Below, one piece after another: positions 36,381 through 46,127 of a DNA stretch of 64,000 nt. The translations under genes were made by a program, and so were the position numbers. Every line of letters starts with the position of its first letter. The stretch's first letter is position 1. The DNA is from a virus. The notes under the pieces were generated by a model. That model was not told where the DNA came from and searched no databases. It saw only the letters and a list, made by a program, of their open reading frames with translations. The stretch is from positions 28,422-92,421 of the IMG/VR virus record IMGVR_UViG_3300030108_003057. One strand, 5' to 3'.

Positions 36381-37790
36381 ATGCACGAAATGGACTTAAA
36401 GATGTCCAAGGGAAATTTTGAATATTTTTTTACTAAAGTATTGGGATATGAAATGGCTCCCTTTCATAGACAATGGTTAGAGGAAGTTCAAAGTGGAAAT
36501 CGCACAGTTATTATTTGTAGTCGTGACCACGGAAAATCTGTTTTCTTTCATTCATGGTGCGTTTATCAATTAATATTCCAAGAACCTCCTTATCAGATGC
36601 TTTACATTTCTTCTAACCATAAACAAACAATGGTGCATATGAAAGATATTGATAGAATGTTTACTAATAATGAAGTAATAAAAAAATTTAAGCCCCGCGC
36701 TGGTTGGGCCGTTGGTGCTATGCGCTTAACAAACGGAAATGAAATACTTGAGCGTTCCGTTGGTTCACAGATTCGTGGACTTCACCCTCAAGAAATTATT
36801 ATTGACGACCCATTAAAAGAGTTTTCAATGAATGCTATTCAACGCGTAACTGATTGGTTTTGGGGAGATATGATTCCTACATTACATCATACAGCCGCCC
36901 TTAGAATGGTTGGTACACCTTTTACTTATACAGATATATTTGCACAATTATCTGAAAATCCTGCATACGAAGTTAAAAGATACCCTGCTATTAATCAAGC
37001 CGGAGACGCTTTATGGCCGGGAAGATGGGATAAAGATAAACTAGAACAACGTAAATTAGAAATTGGTTCTAGTAAATTTACAAGAGAATATTTATGTATT
37101 CCTATTAGTACCAATACAATGTTATTTGACCCTGAACATGTAGAGGCTTGTAAGGATAGAGATGCTGTTTTAACTCCTACCCGTACATCAGATGATTTAA
37201 CTTATTTTATTGGTTATGACCCTGCAATATCAGCGAATGGTGATTGGACAGTAATGACCGTATTAGAGGTAGATGGCGAAATGAATAAAAAAATAGTACA
37301 AATATTTAGGGCGCAGGGATTAGACTTTAGAGAACATATTATGCACATTATGGATTTGTGTAGAAGATACCAGCCTGAAACAGTTATGATTGAGACAAAT
37401 ACATTTGCTAAAGCATTTGCTATGGAACTCAAAAATATCAGTGATTTTCCAGTAAAAGAATTTACTATGAGTCGTAAGAAAAAGCAGGAAATTATTCTTA
37501 ACCTTCAAATGAACATTGATAATCATAAAATAGTATTCCCTTATGGTAATGAAGAATCTAGAAATGTATGTCGTCAATTAATACAGGAGTTAGAAGCCTT
37601 TGGTATTAATCATAATGGAAAAATTGAAGGAGTTGGAGCGCACGATGATATGGTTATATCCTTAGCGTTGGCTAATTATGCAACCAAAAAGTTTTCCGAT
37701 GTCTTTACATTACTTGATGATGAGGGAATCTTTAATAATGGGTCATCAACTATGCCATATATAGGAGGCGGTATTCGTGGTATTAATTAA
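36381..37790 (+). CDS. terL: Terminase large subunit
   Basis: Walker A SRDHGKS, IRGLHP, Walker B IIIDDP, VGTP coupling motif, RNase H-like IGYDPA and HDDMVISLALA. Confidence 0.93.
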   Translation: MHEMDLKMSKGNFEYFFTKVLGYEMAPFHRQWLEEVQSGNRTVIICSRDHGKSVFFHSWCVYQLIFQEPPYQMLYISSNHKQTMVHMKDIDRMFTNNEVIKKFKPRAGWAVGAMRLTNGNEILERSVGSQIRGLHPQEIIIDDPLKEFSMNAIQRVTDWFWGDMIPTLHHTAALRMVGTPFTYTDIFAQLSENPAYEVKRYPAINQAGDALWPGRWDKDKLEQRKLEIGSSKFTREYLCIPISTNTMLFDPEHVEACKDRDAVLTPTRTSDDLTYFIGYDPAISANGDWTVMTVLEVDGEMNKKIVQIFRAQGLDFREHIMHIMDLCRRYQPETVMIETNTFAKAFAMELKNISDFPVKEFTMSRKKKQEIILNLQMNIDNHKIVFPYGNEESRNVCRQLIQELEAFGINHNGKIEGVGAHDDMVISLALANYATKKFSDVFTLLDDEGIFNNGSSTMPYIGGGIRGIN

Positions 37791-39159
37791 ATTTGATTCC
37801 GAGGCTCTAAGAGAGGAATTAGACGAATTAGAAGAAGTAGAAGAAGAAATACAGCAAACTACAATACAACCCATAAAAAATAAAATTATTCAAACTGTTA
37901 TGGCTAAATCAGATATTAATTCTTGGTTAGACATGCAATCTAATTCAGAAATAGATATTGTTAAATCTATCTCTATAAATTGTAATGTTAACTTAACGGA
38001 GGCTATGGAACTATTACCTAAATATCCTGATTCCCCTGTTGTTGGAGAAAAATATTTACCGGACCTAGTAAAAGAAATGAGAATGATACGTCGAGGACTA
38101 AAAGGCTCACATAGAGATAGTATTGCTAAGGGTATAGACCACTTAATTACTGCTTACCAAGAATATATTGCTAAGTGTCTAGATTCTGTATATTGGTTAA
38201 GACCTTACACTAGTCCACTAAAGGATATAAGTATAAATGAAAGTAAAATTAAGAAATTATATTCTATTAAAGATGGTGAGCGTAGAGAGGTTATTATTGA
38301 TAACTTGTGTAAAATGTGGAATGCTAAACTTGACCGTAATAATGTAGATTATGGTAGAGAATATTCTAGATTAACAAAAGAATTTAATGATGCTAAGAAA
38401 GAAATATCTACGCTACTTCGACAAATTAAACATCAAGATGTTCGTAAATCTAGAAAAGAAAATATAGAAATAGAAATTACTGAAATAATTAATACTAATC
38501 CCGGCATTACCTCTAGCACAATATTTGAAAAAATGAGTGATAAACACTCCAAGTATTCAACACCTTCTACTATTGCTAAGATGGCAAAATCTATTGGTGC
38601 GACTAGAGTGGATGATGAATACTATTTAATTAAAGAGGCAATTAAGAAAGACCTTTATTCGTATGTAGCAGGATTTATTGATTCTGATGGGTACATAACA
38701 ATGGATAGTAAATTTTCTCCAAGGGTTGGTATGATAGCAACAGGTAATAGAGGTAGGGCGTTCTTCACAGAATTAGAAAATGAACTAAAATGTGGAAGAT
38801 TACATTTAGACCAAAAGGTAGGAGAAAATAATAGAAGTCAACATAGACTTAATTTTTATAGTGCTAATGATATTGGTACTATTTTGGATAAGTGTATTCC
38901 GCATCTTAGAATGAAAAAGAGTCAAGGTAAATTAGTGAAAGAAGCATTAAGAATAAAAAAGAACCACAAAAATCAACCGTGGGCCAAAGAAAGATTAAAT
39001 GAAATTTTTCAACTTATTAAGTACGAAAACTGGAAAGATGCAAGAAATACACATGAATTAGATAAATATGGTGTTAATCCAGAAACAGTTGTAAAATATT
39101 TTGATAACAATAAAAATTCTATGATGGATGAATTAGAGTCCATTGCTAAGGAGGAATAA
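37777..39159 (+). CDS. Protein with a C-terminal LAGLIDADG endonuclease-like domain
   Basis: YVAGFIDSDGYI motif, then CG.LH and ILDKCIPHLRMKKSQ typical of single-motif LAGLIDADG. Confidence 0.8.
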   Translation: MVLIKFDSEALREELDELEEVEEEIQQTTIQPIKNKIIQTVMAKSDINSWLDMQSNSEIDIVKSISINCNVNLTEAMELLPKYPDSPVVGEKYLPDLVKEMRMIRRGLKGSHRDSIAKGIDHLITAYQEYIAKCLDSVYWLRPYTSPLKDISINESKIKKLYSIKDGERREVIIDNLCKMWNAKLDRNNVDYGREYSRLTKEFNDAKKEISTLLRQIKHQDVRKSRKENIEIEITEIINTNPGITSSTIFEKMSDKHSKYSTPSTIAKMAKSIGATRVDDEYYLIKEAIKKDLYSYVAGFIDSDGYITMDSKFSPRVGMIATGNRGRAFFTELENELKCGRLHLDQKVGENNRSQHRLNFYSANDIGTILDKCIPHLRMKKSQGKLVKEALRIKKNHKNQPWAKERLNEIFQLIKYENWKDARNTHELDKYGVNPETVVKYFDNNKNSMMDELESIAKEE

Positions 39160-39161
39160 TA

Positions 39162-40793
39162 ATGGGTATAAGAGATAGATTTAATAATTTAATTAGACGT
39201 AGGACACCAACTCCTGCTCACAAAGAAGTTTATAATTTGGGTATTCAAGAAATGAAGCACCCTCAACATGTTTTAGGACCAGTTCTATATAATGTAGCAG
39301 ACCAATCTGTTGTAGTTAGAACCTGTATTACACAATTAAAAACAGAAATTTTTCGTAGAGGCTACATGTGGGAAAAAGCATTTGTAAAAAAGTGTGTTAG
39401 TTGTGGAGAGGAATTCCAAAGTTCAGATGTAGAACAATGCCCTTCATGTGGTGGAATAGAATTTGTGACTCCAGACCCTAAGCAGAAAAAATATGCTGAA
39501 AAAATGGTTGAAGGCTATGTTAATAAATCAGACCAATTATTTATAGACATTCTAAAAGAATTAGAGACCGATTTAAATATTGCAGATGACGCATATTTAA
39601 TATTTGTTAAAGAATATTATTTAGACGAATTAGGTAATATTAAATTACATAAGGTAAAAGAATTGTATCGTGGTGACCCATTGACTATGTTTATTGATGT
39701 TGATGAAGATGGAGATAGAGGAACTTCACATTATACTTGTGTTACTCATAGAGATGTTTATACTGATGACCCACATGAACAATGTCCTGAATGTGGTGCT
39801 GGTTTGCACCCAGTAGTTTATATTAATAGAGTACATGGTAAAGAACAATATTATATCGAGGGTGAAGTGGTACATATTAGTAAATTTAGTCCTAGTAGGT
39901 TATATGGAAAACCACCTATTCTAACTCTATGGACCCATGTTACAACTCTTATTGCTATGGAGAACTATATTAATACATCATATAGTAAGGCTAGAACACC
40001 TAAAGGTATATTAGCAGTACAAACTAATAATATGGATTCTTTAGTTCGTTATTGGAGAGGTGTAAAAGAGAAGTTAGAAAAAGACCCACATTATATTCCT
40101 ATTATGGGTATTGAAACTGAGGCCGGTGGACGTGGTGGAGTTAATTGGGTTCCCTTTATGCAAAGTCTAAAAGAGATGGATTACTCAGCAGTTAAAGATG
40201 ATTTGCGTTTAAGGATAGGTGCATTTTATGGAGTTTCTCCTATATTTCAAGCGGACAATACGACTGGTGGTGGATTAAATAATGAAGGACTACAAGTTAC
40301 AGTTACTAATAGAACAGTAGAGTTAGCACAAAGCGTATATAATAAGTATTTATTTCCATTTATGGAAAAGCAATTTGGTATTACGGATTGGAAAATTAGA
40401 TTATTACGCTCCGAAGAAGAGGACGATACTCATGCTTTGAGAAGAAGAGAAGTGGAAGTTAATCTTGCTGGACAAATGAAGAACTTAGGTTTTGATGTAG
40501 ATATGGATGAAGATGGTAATTTCATATATAAGAAAATTGTAGAAGTAGATAAACAAATACAACAAGCAAAACAAAGTGGTGATTTTAAAGTCGACCCATT
40601 TGCTGGAACCGATGTTGATGCAGCATACTTAGGACAAATGCAAGCACAGTCATTACAACAAGCAAATCAACCAGTTCAAACACAAGGTAGAGGAAATCAA
40701 AGTAGTTCTGCTTTACAATTAGCAAATAGAAATACTGGTTCTCCTGCTGGAACAGCAAATGAAAATGTAGATAGGAGAACTGAAACAAGATGA
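39162..40793 (+). CDS. Portal protein with inserted zinc ribbons
   Basis: Position after terL; DLNIADDAY, EVVH, LYGKPPI, IGAFYGVSP motifs; CVSC..CPSC and CVTH..CPEC insertions. Confidence 0.85.
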   Translation: MGIRDRFNNLIRRRTPTPAHKEVYNLGIQEMKHPQHVLGPVLYNVADQSVVVRTCITQLKTEIFRRGYMWEKAFVKKCVSCGEEFQSSDVEQCPSCGGIEFVTPDPKQKKYAEKMVEGYVNKSDQLFIDILKELETDLNIADDAYLIFVKEYYLDELGNIKLHKVKELYRGDPLTMFIDVDEDGDRGTSHYTCVTHRDVYTDDPHEQCPECGAGLHPVVYINRVHGKEQYYIEGEVVHISKFSPSRLYGKPPILTLWTHVTTLIAMENYINTSYSKARTPKGILAVQTNNMDSLVRYWRGVKEKLEKDPHYIPIMGIETEAGGRGGVNWVPFMQSLKEMDYSAVKDDLRLRIGAFYGVSPIFQADNTTGGGLNNEGLQVTVTNRTVELAQSVYNKYLFPFMEKQFGITDWKIRLLRSEEEDDTHALRRREVEVNLAGQMKNLGFDVDMDEDGNFIYKKIVEVDKQIQQAKQSGDFKVDPFAGTDVDAAYLGQMQAQSLQQANQPVQTQGRGNQSSSALQLANRNTGSPAGTANENVDRRTETR

Positions 40794-40954
40794 ACTGGCA
40801 AGATATATTAAAAAGTAAATATAGAAGTTACGATAATATAGGTCTTAAAAGTTTATATGATAATTTAAGAAGAGGCCCAAAAAATAAAATGGATATGGAA
40901 GAATTAAAAGCAATTATGGAAGAATTAAAAAGAAGAGGTGTAAAATATGAGTGA
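40790..40954 (+). CDS. Tagged (MNWQDILK) 54-aa protein
   Basis: MNWQDILKSKYRSYDN...ELKRRGVKYE*; ATGA overlap with the portal stop; not in ORF track. Confidence 0.65.
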   Translation: MNWQDILKSKYRSYDNIGLKSLYDNLRRGPKNKMDMEELKAIMEELKRRGVKYE

Positions 40955-41165
40955 TATGATACAAAGAAAATTAAACGCAATGAAACAAGAATTAAGTCAA
41001 ATTGAGAATAAGATAAACAAACCAGAACCAGTACAGAAAACTACTACTAATTTAGTGCCTGCTGGAGTTCCAGAAGTAACAGAACCAAAGAAAGAGGCAG
41101 AACCTTCTGTTCCCGGTGTTATAACTGGTGGTCCAAGAATGAGTAAAAAAATGAAAGAAGTTTAA
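40947..41165 (+). CDS. Hypothetical protein
   Basis: 72 aa, GAGGTG RBS. Confidence 0.65.
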   Translation: MSDMIQRKLNAMKQELSQIENKINKPEPVQKTTTNLVPAGVPEVTEPKKEAEPSVPGVITGGPRMSKKMKEV

Positions 41166-41174
41166 GGTGATAAA

Positions 41175-42779
41175 ATGGGTTTGGATAATGTCTCTAAAAA
41201 TGAGCCTAAAAAAAGTAAGGCAAAAATAGAGGCAGAAAAAAGAGTAAAAGAAATGATGAGACAACGTGGAATAAAAGAAAGAGGCGAAGAGGGAAGAAGT
41301 AAAGAATTTGATTTTTTAGAAGGAGAAAAACCCAAAGAAGAAGAAGGGGTTCCAAGAAGAGAAGAAATTGCTCCAGTTCGTGCTACTAAAGTTAAAATTA
41401 ATTTTAATACTTTATACGGCTCATTATTAGAAGGAAATCCGAGATATACTTTAGGAGAAAGAAATATAAGAGTTCCTAAATTAACTAATTACATAAGTAA
41501 TAAAGAAATAAGTGATGCGGGTGTAAGTGCTTTTGAAACAATGGTGCTTGATTTAATTGATGAAAATACAATCCCTAAAGTGCATAAGTCGAAATTTAAT
41601 ACGCTTCGTAAAAGTATTAGAAGAATATATGCGTCAGTTGATTATTTTTTTAGTGAACTAGTTAGATATATAAATAGCACTGAAAATCAATATAGATTAA
41701 TAATTCCCGACGTAGAATTAAGTATGTTAAGAATACTTAATAAAATTTGGCTTAAAAAATATAAGAGCGCAGGGATAATAAATTTTGTAGATAAAATAAA
41801 TAAACGTATAGGTGGACGTAGACCCGATACAAGAGTAAGAATTCAAACAGAAGAAACAGCAGAAGGTTTTGAAGGAAAGCGTAGTCCAACATTTGCTGTT
41901 GCTCCTAAGAAGGTAACTACTAGAAAGATACCTAAAAGTGAAGCAAAAATAGTTATAGAATTTGCTGGTAGAAAGTATGATATTGATAACCCTAGTGATG
42001 TAAAACTGTTACAAGAAGTAGCAAGTTCTGAGGAAGGAAGACAAAAACATGAGGCTCTTAGTCAAGAAGCAAAAGAAGAAAAAGCAAAACAAGAAATTAG
42101 AATTGTAGAACTTATGGATGAACTTAAAGAGTTAGGTGAGAAAAAACGCAATCCATCAGAAGATATGCAAGTGAGTAATCTTGCTGATAGACTTAGTAAT
42201 ATGGGGAATGTTAAAAATCTTAACTTGAATGATGAAAAACATACTCCGGGTCAAGATATAGATGAAAGAATTAAAGAGATTCGCATAGAATTAAAAGAAT
42301 TAAACTTTAGAAGCCCAATGATAAGAGCATATGCAGAAGGCACATTTTCTACCAGTAGAGCGCAAGAAAGAGCACAAGAGTTATCAGATATACTTTCTAG
42401 AACAGATATGGCAAAGGCCGTAGATGATTTATTAAATGAACTAGGAGTAGAATCAGATACAATCATTAAAGAAGATACTGGTATTATATTAGAAGAATTA
42501 AATAAAAGAGATAAGAGATTAATTAAAACTTTATTACAGTTAGCGAACCCAACAGAATATTTTAATGAGGACGTATTAAAGTTGGGAGAATTGATTACTG
42601 CTATGAAATCTTTAGGTGTAGTCAATAAAAATAAAAACTTAAAGAAGCAAATCCTTAAGTACGAGGACGAGAATCTAAAAGTTGTAAAGCGCGCAGTTAG
42701 GTTGCGTCGTGAGTATGAAAAACTATATAAATCAATTAGAGAAGTCATATATCCAAAGTCAGGTGATGAAGATGAGTGA
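41175..42779 (+). CDS. Hypothetical head-module protein
   Basis: 534-aa ORF after GGTGA. Confidence 0.8.
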   Translation: MGLDNVSKNEPKKSKAKIEAEKRVKEMMRQRGIKERGEEGRSKEFDFLEGEKPKEEEGVPRREEIAPVRATKVKINFNTLYGSLLEGNPRYTLGERNIRVPKLTNYISNKEISDAGVSAFETMVLDLIDENTIPKVHKSKFNTLRKSIRRIYASVDYFFSELVRYINSTENQYRLIIPDVELSMLRILNKIWLKKYKSAGIINFVDKINKRIGGRRPDTRVRIQTEETAEGFEGKRSPTFAVAPKKVTTRKIPKSEAKIVIEFAGRKYDIDNPSDVKLLQEVASSEEGRQKHEALSQEAKEEKAKQEIRIVELMDELKELGEKKRNPSEDMQVSNLADRLSNMGNVKNLNLNDEKHTPGQDIDERIKEIRIELKELNFRSPMIRAYAEGTFSTSRAQERAQELSDILSRTDMAKAVDDLLNELGVESDTIIKEDTGIILEELNKRDKRLIKTLLQLANPTEYFNEDVLKLGELITAMKSLGVVNKNKNLKKQILKYEDENLKVVKRAVRLRREYEKLYKSIREVIYPKSGDEDE

Positions 42780-43017
42780 AGAATTAAATCAACAAGAAGA
42801 ATTACAATTACTTTTGAAAAGTCTAGTAGACCGTGTTAAAAATTTAGAGGCTATGGTTTACAGCACTGATAATATACTTATGAAATCCGGTTTAGTTAGA
42901 GCCGAAACAAGTAGACCAACTATTCAAACTAATAATGGAGTTCCAGATGCAGATGTTATTGCTAAGATGGACTGGTCAGAATTAGATGATATGGTAAAAA
43001 AATTTAATGGTGAATAA
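42772..43017 (+). CDS. Small coiled-coil head-module protein ending MDWSELDDMVKKF
   Basis: Start MSEELNQQ after GGTGA. Confidence 0.65.
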   Translation: MSEELNQQEELQLLLKSLVDRVKNLEAMVYSTDNILMKSGLVRAETSRPTIQTNNGVPDADVIAKMDWSELDDMVKKFNGE

Positions 43018-43627
43018 AATGGATTATACAAACTTAGGTGAAGGAGAAAATTTATCGGCTCATAGAGAGGGCCAAAGCGATGCTGAGAAAAAGGCTACAA
43101 TGGCACTTTCTCAATTAAGAGAGTTAACATATTTAATTAGTAATCATTTGGCTAGTCCAGTGGACCCAGATTTACACGCAGAAGATGTTAAAATACAAAA
43201 GCCAGCATCTAAAAAGTTAGATGTTTTTGGTGTTCAATTTGATGATGGTCCATTAGGCCCACGTTCTATTCCTCGCGGTGCAGCAAAACCAAATAAGCCA
43301 CAAACCATGAAAAAAGCATATGGTAGAAATACTATGGAAAGAGATTTAACTGGTGCTAAGTATGAAAAGCGTGGTGGCGATAGAGAACCTATGGAAGATG
43401 ATGCCGGTCCAATGAGTAGAGGTAAAAGATTAGGAGGAAAAGAACCTAAGTCAGTAAAACAAAGTCTACCAGAAATGGCTGCATCCTTTGCTGCTATTGC
43501 ACAACAAGTACAATCAGTAAATAAACTTCTAGGAAAATTAGTCGAACAAGAAGGTTCTACAGAAGTTTCTGCAAAGAAAGTAAATAGACCTGCCGATGAC
43601 GATAAACCAACAGAAGAGTTATACTAG
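43007..43627 (+). CDS. Hypothetical low-complexity head-module protein
   Basis: 206-aa ORF. Confidence 0.7.
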   Translation: MVNKMDYTNLGEGENLSAHREGQSDAEKKATMALSQLRELTYLISNHLASPVDPDLHAEDVKIQKPASKKLDVFGVQFDDGPLGPRSIPRGAAKPNKPQTMKKAYGRNTMERDLTGAKYEKRGGDREPMEDDAGPMSRGKRLGGKEPKSVKQSLPEMAASFAAIAQQVQSVNKLLGKLVEQEGSTEVSAKKVNRPADDDKPTEELY

Positions 43628-43637
43628 GTGGTTTAAT

Positions 43638-44009
43638 GTGGACTGGAAACTTATTCTAAAAAGAAGATTAAGTAATTCTGAGTTCATGAAAGTTATAACT
43701 ATACTAGGTAAAGAATTACAAGAAGCGGGCTTAATGTTAGAACACGCAGGGGTACAAACTTCTGAATTTAGCACAGGGCGAGATGCAATAACATTTCCTA
43801 GAAACTTTAAAGTTAGTGTTGAAGGAATTAGTGCTACCTTTGCTTTAGATTTTGAATTACCAAATATGTCTGTTAATATTAGACATATTAAAGGAGATAA
43901 AGATTTAACTGATTTAGTTCAAGAATACCTATCGACTGAGCAAGATTTAATTAATAGAATGATAAGAGCCATTTCACCAGATGCATCAGGAGATATTGCT
44001 TATGGGTAA
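43638..44009 (+). CDS. Tagged (MDWKLILK) hypothetical protein
   Basis: GTG start after GGTGG RBS within ORF 43596..44009. Confidence 0.65.
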   Translation: MDWKLILKRRLSNSEFMKVITILGKELQEAGLMLEHAGVQTSEFSTGRDAITFPRNFKVSVEGISATFALDFELPNMSVNIRHIKGDKDLTDLVQEYLSTEQDLINRMIRAISPDASGDIAYG

Positions 44010-46095
44010 TATGAAATATATGCCAAAATATAACCACTGTCGAGTATTATATTTAACCGCTAAAGAAGACCCAAAATCTTACGGTGGTGAATGGGCTAAT
44101 CTAATTAATGAGTTAGTAGATACTATGGAAGAAGACTCTAATTTAAAATCTTATATGGAATTAAGAATATCTCCTATCAGAATGCAACAAGCAAAAAATG
44201 TTACTACTAGTCATGCTAAGTTAGTATTAGATGTACTAAGAGATATTGCTCAGTCTGCACCCGTACTTAAAGAAGACCAAACTAAACTAAATACATTTAT
44301 TATGCCAAATAAACCAATGTACAGAATTTTCGATATTGAAGATTTAAAAGAACTACGTGGGTTTACTGGTGAGTGGATAGTTCAAGAAAAGTTTGATGGT
44401 CTACGCATTCAAATTCACAAACTTAAAACTGTTAAAATATTTTCATTTAATGGTAGAGATATTACAGATAAGTTTCCAAAACAAGTAAAACGGTTAGAAC
44501 AAGATGCTTTTCCAAAATGTATTTTAGATGCAGAAGCAGTATTATATAAAGAAAACGAGCCACTTCATAGAGCAGATACTATTGCTTATATTAATAAAAA
44601 AGATAGTGAGGGGGACATCAAAATACATGTATTTGATATTCTTAGACATCAAGGAGAGGACTTATATTCTAAAAAACTAGAAGAAAGAATTATGGCTCTA
44701 TTTAGAGAATACAGCGCTTTAAGTGATGATGAAATACAATTTCCTTCTAAAAGAGATACACGTTCAGCAGATTCATTAGAAGAAATAGAATCATATGCAA
44801 AAGAAATAATGCAAAATCCCACATCGGAGGGAGTAGTAATTAAAGATGCTAAATCTTCCTATATTATAGGAAAGAAAAAGAATCCTAAATGGATTAAATG
44901 GAAAAAATTTATAGATTTAGATTTAATAGTATTAGAATCTAGAGAAAATAAAAATGGTACTTTTAGTTATACTTTAGGTGCTGGGCCTGTTGATGACGAC
45001 GATGAGTATAAACCATTAGTAGAACATGCTGATAAAAAATACCTAAGTGTTGGTAAAGCACTTAATACTAAAGAAAAAGTAGAAGTAGGTAAAATTATTA
45101 GAGTAAAGGTAGATGAAGTACAAGCAAATAAAAAAGGATTTTCTATCTATTCTGCAAAGTTTGTAGAGATACCCGAAGTTGACGAAGCAGAAAAAATAAT
45201 AACATTAAAGTTTTTATCAGAAGATAATAAGAAAAGATTATCAGATTATACAATAGAAGCACTAACTAAATCATATAAAATTACAGACAATATTCACGGT
45301 GATGCGATTATAAAAGGTGAATTATCTATGGAGGGATTTGTATTTCATGGATTTGAAAATAATAACCTAATGGCTAAAAATGCTTTAGTAGATTTAGATT
45401 TATGGAAAGAAGCATTAGGTGAAAAATATCACAAAGATAGTTCTATTTTAATGACTCTTGTTAGTAATATGACTCAAGAATTTAGCAAGGTAACTGTTAA
45501 AGATATTATAGAAAGAGCAGAAAATCTTAATAATATTTTAACTAGATTATTTAAAAGTAAAGGTGAAGAGTTAGAAAAAGAAGTAACTAATTTTATTAGA
45601 GAAAGAGGTATGGCTTACGGTATTTTATATGATAAGTCATCCAAATTATTTAGTAATGATGATAAGGTTGAACTAAAAGCAGAACCTACAAAATTTGAAT
45701 TATGGCGTAGAGAAGATGATAATTTAAATCTTATTATAATACACAAAGGAAAGGAATATATTTGGAGAATAGAACAAAATGAAAAAGTAGACTTATATAA
45801 TTTATTTGGTAAGTCAGATAAGTTTTTGGCACAAATAGATGACGATGCAGATAAGGTTAAATTAATATCAGAGGGCGGTGCAATAATTGGTAGTCAAAGA
45901 GATGGTTACCACGAATATATATTAGATTCTAAGATGTATGATGGTAAAATACATTTTAGAGTCGTACCCATTAAAGACGAAAGAAAGTGGATAGCCTTTA
46001 CTGGTTTTAAAACCAAACCGACACCTAAATCAAGTGATGAAGGGCTACTAAATATCTATGACGATAAGTATAAAAAACTTAAGTTTTCTAATTAA
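43981..46095 (+). CDS. lig: ATP-dependent DNA ligase with a C-terminal extension
   Basis: Motif I QEKFDGLR, III ILDAEAV, IIIa HVFDIL, IV SEGVVIK, V WIKWKK; true start probably about 44002-44020. Confidence 0.9.
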   Translation: MHQEILLMGNMKYMPKYNHCRVLYLTAKEDPKSYGGEWANLINELVDTMEEDSNLKSYMELRISPIRMQQAKNVTTSHAKLVLDVLRDIAQSAPVLKEDQTKLNTFIMPNKPMYRIFDIEDLKELRGFTGEWIVQEKFDGLRIQIHKLKTVKIFSFNGRDITDKFPKQVKRLEQDAFPKCILDAEAVLYKENEPLHRADTIAYINKKDSEGDIKIHVFDILRHQGEDLYSKKLEERIMALFREYSALSDDEIQFPSKRDTRSADSLEEIESYAKEIMQNPTSEGVVIKDAKSSYIIGKKKNPKWIKWKKFIDLDLIVLESRENKNGTFSYTLGAGPVDDDDEYKPLVEHADKKYLSVGKALNTKEKVEVGKIIRVKVDEVQANKKGFSIYSAKFVEIPEVDEAEKIITLKFLSEDNKKRLSDYTIEALTKSYKITDNIHGDAIIKGELSMEGFVFHGFENNNLMAKNALVDLDLWKEALGEKYHKDSSILMTLVSNMTQEFSKVTVKDIIERAENLNNILTRLFKSKGEELEKEVTNFIRERGMAYGILYDKSSKLFSNDDKVELKAEPTKFELWRREDDNLNLIIIHKGKEYIWRIEQNEKVDLYNLFGKSDKFLAQIDDDADKVKLISEGGAIIGSQRDGYHEYILDSKMYDGKIHFRVVPIKDERKWIAFTGFKTKPTPKSSDEGLLNIYDDKYKKLKFSN

Positions 46096-46104
46096 CTTTA
46101 TATA
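46096..46104 (+). promoter_or_regulatory. TATA box for the capsid operon
   Basis: CTTTATATA about 24 nt upstream of the protease ATG (leaderless geometry). Confidence 0.55.
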
Positions 46105-46127
46105 GTATAATGTATACATGACTAACA

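Noticed and set aside
37777-39159. Intein or intron in the terminase/portal
   Set aside because: TerL ends with a complete nuclease motif and its own stop; no Cys/Ser start or His-Asn end of a Hint domain
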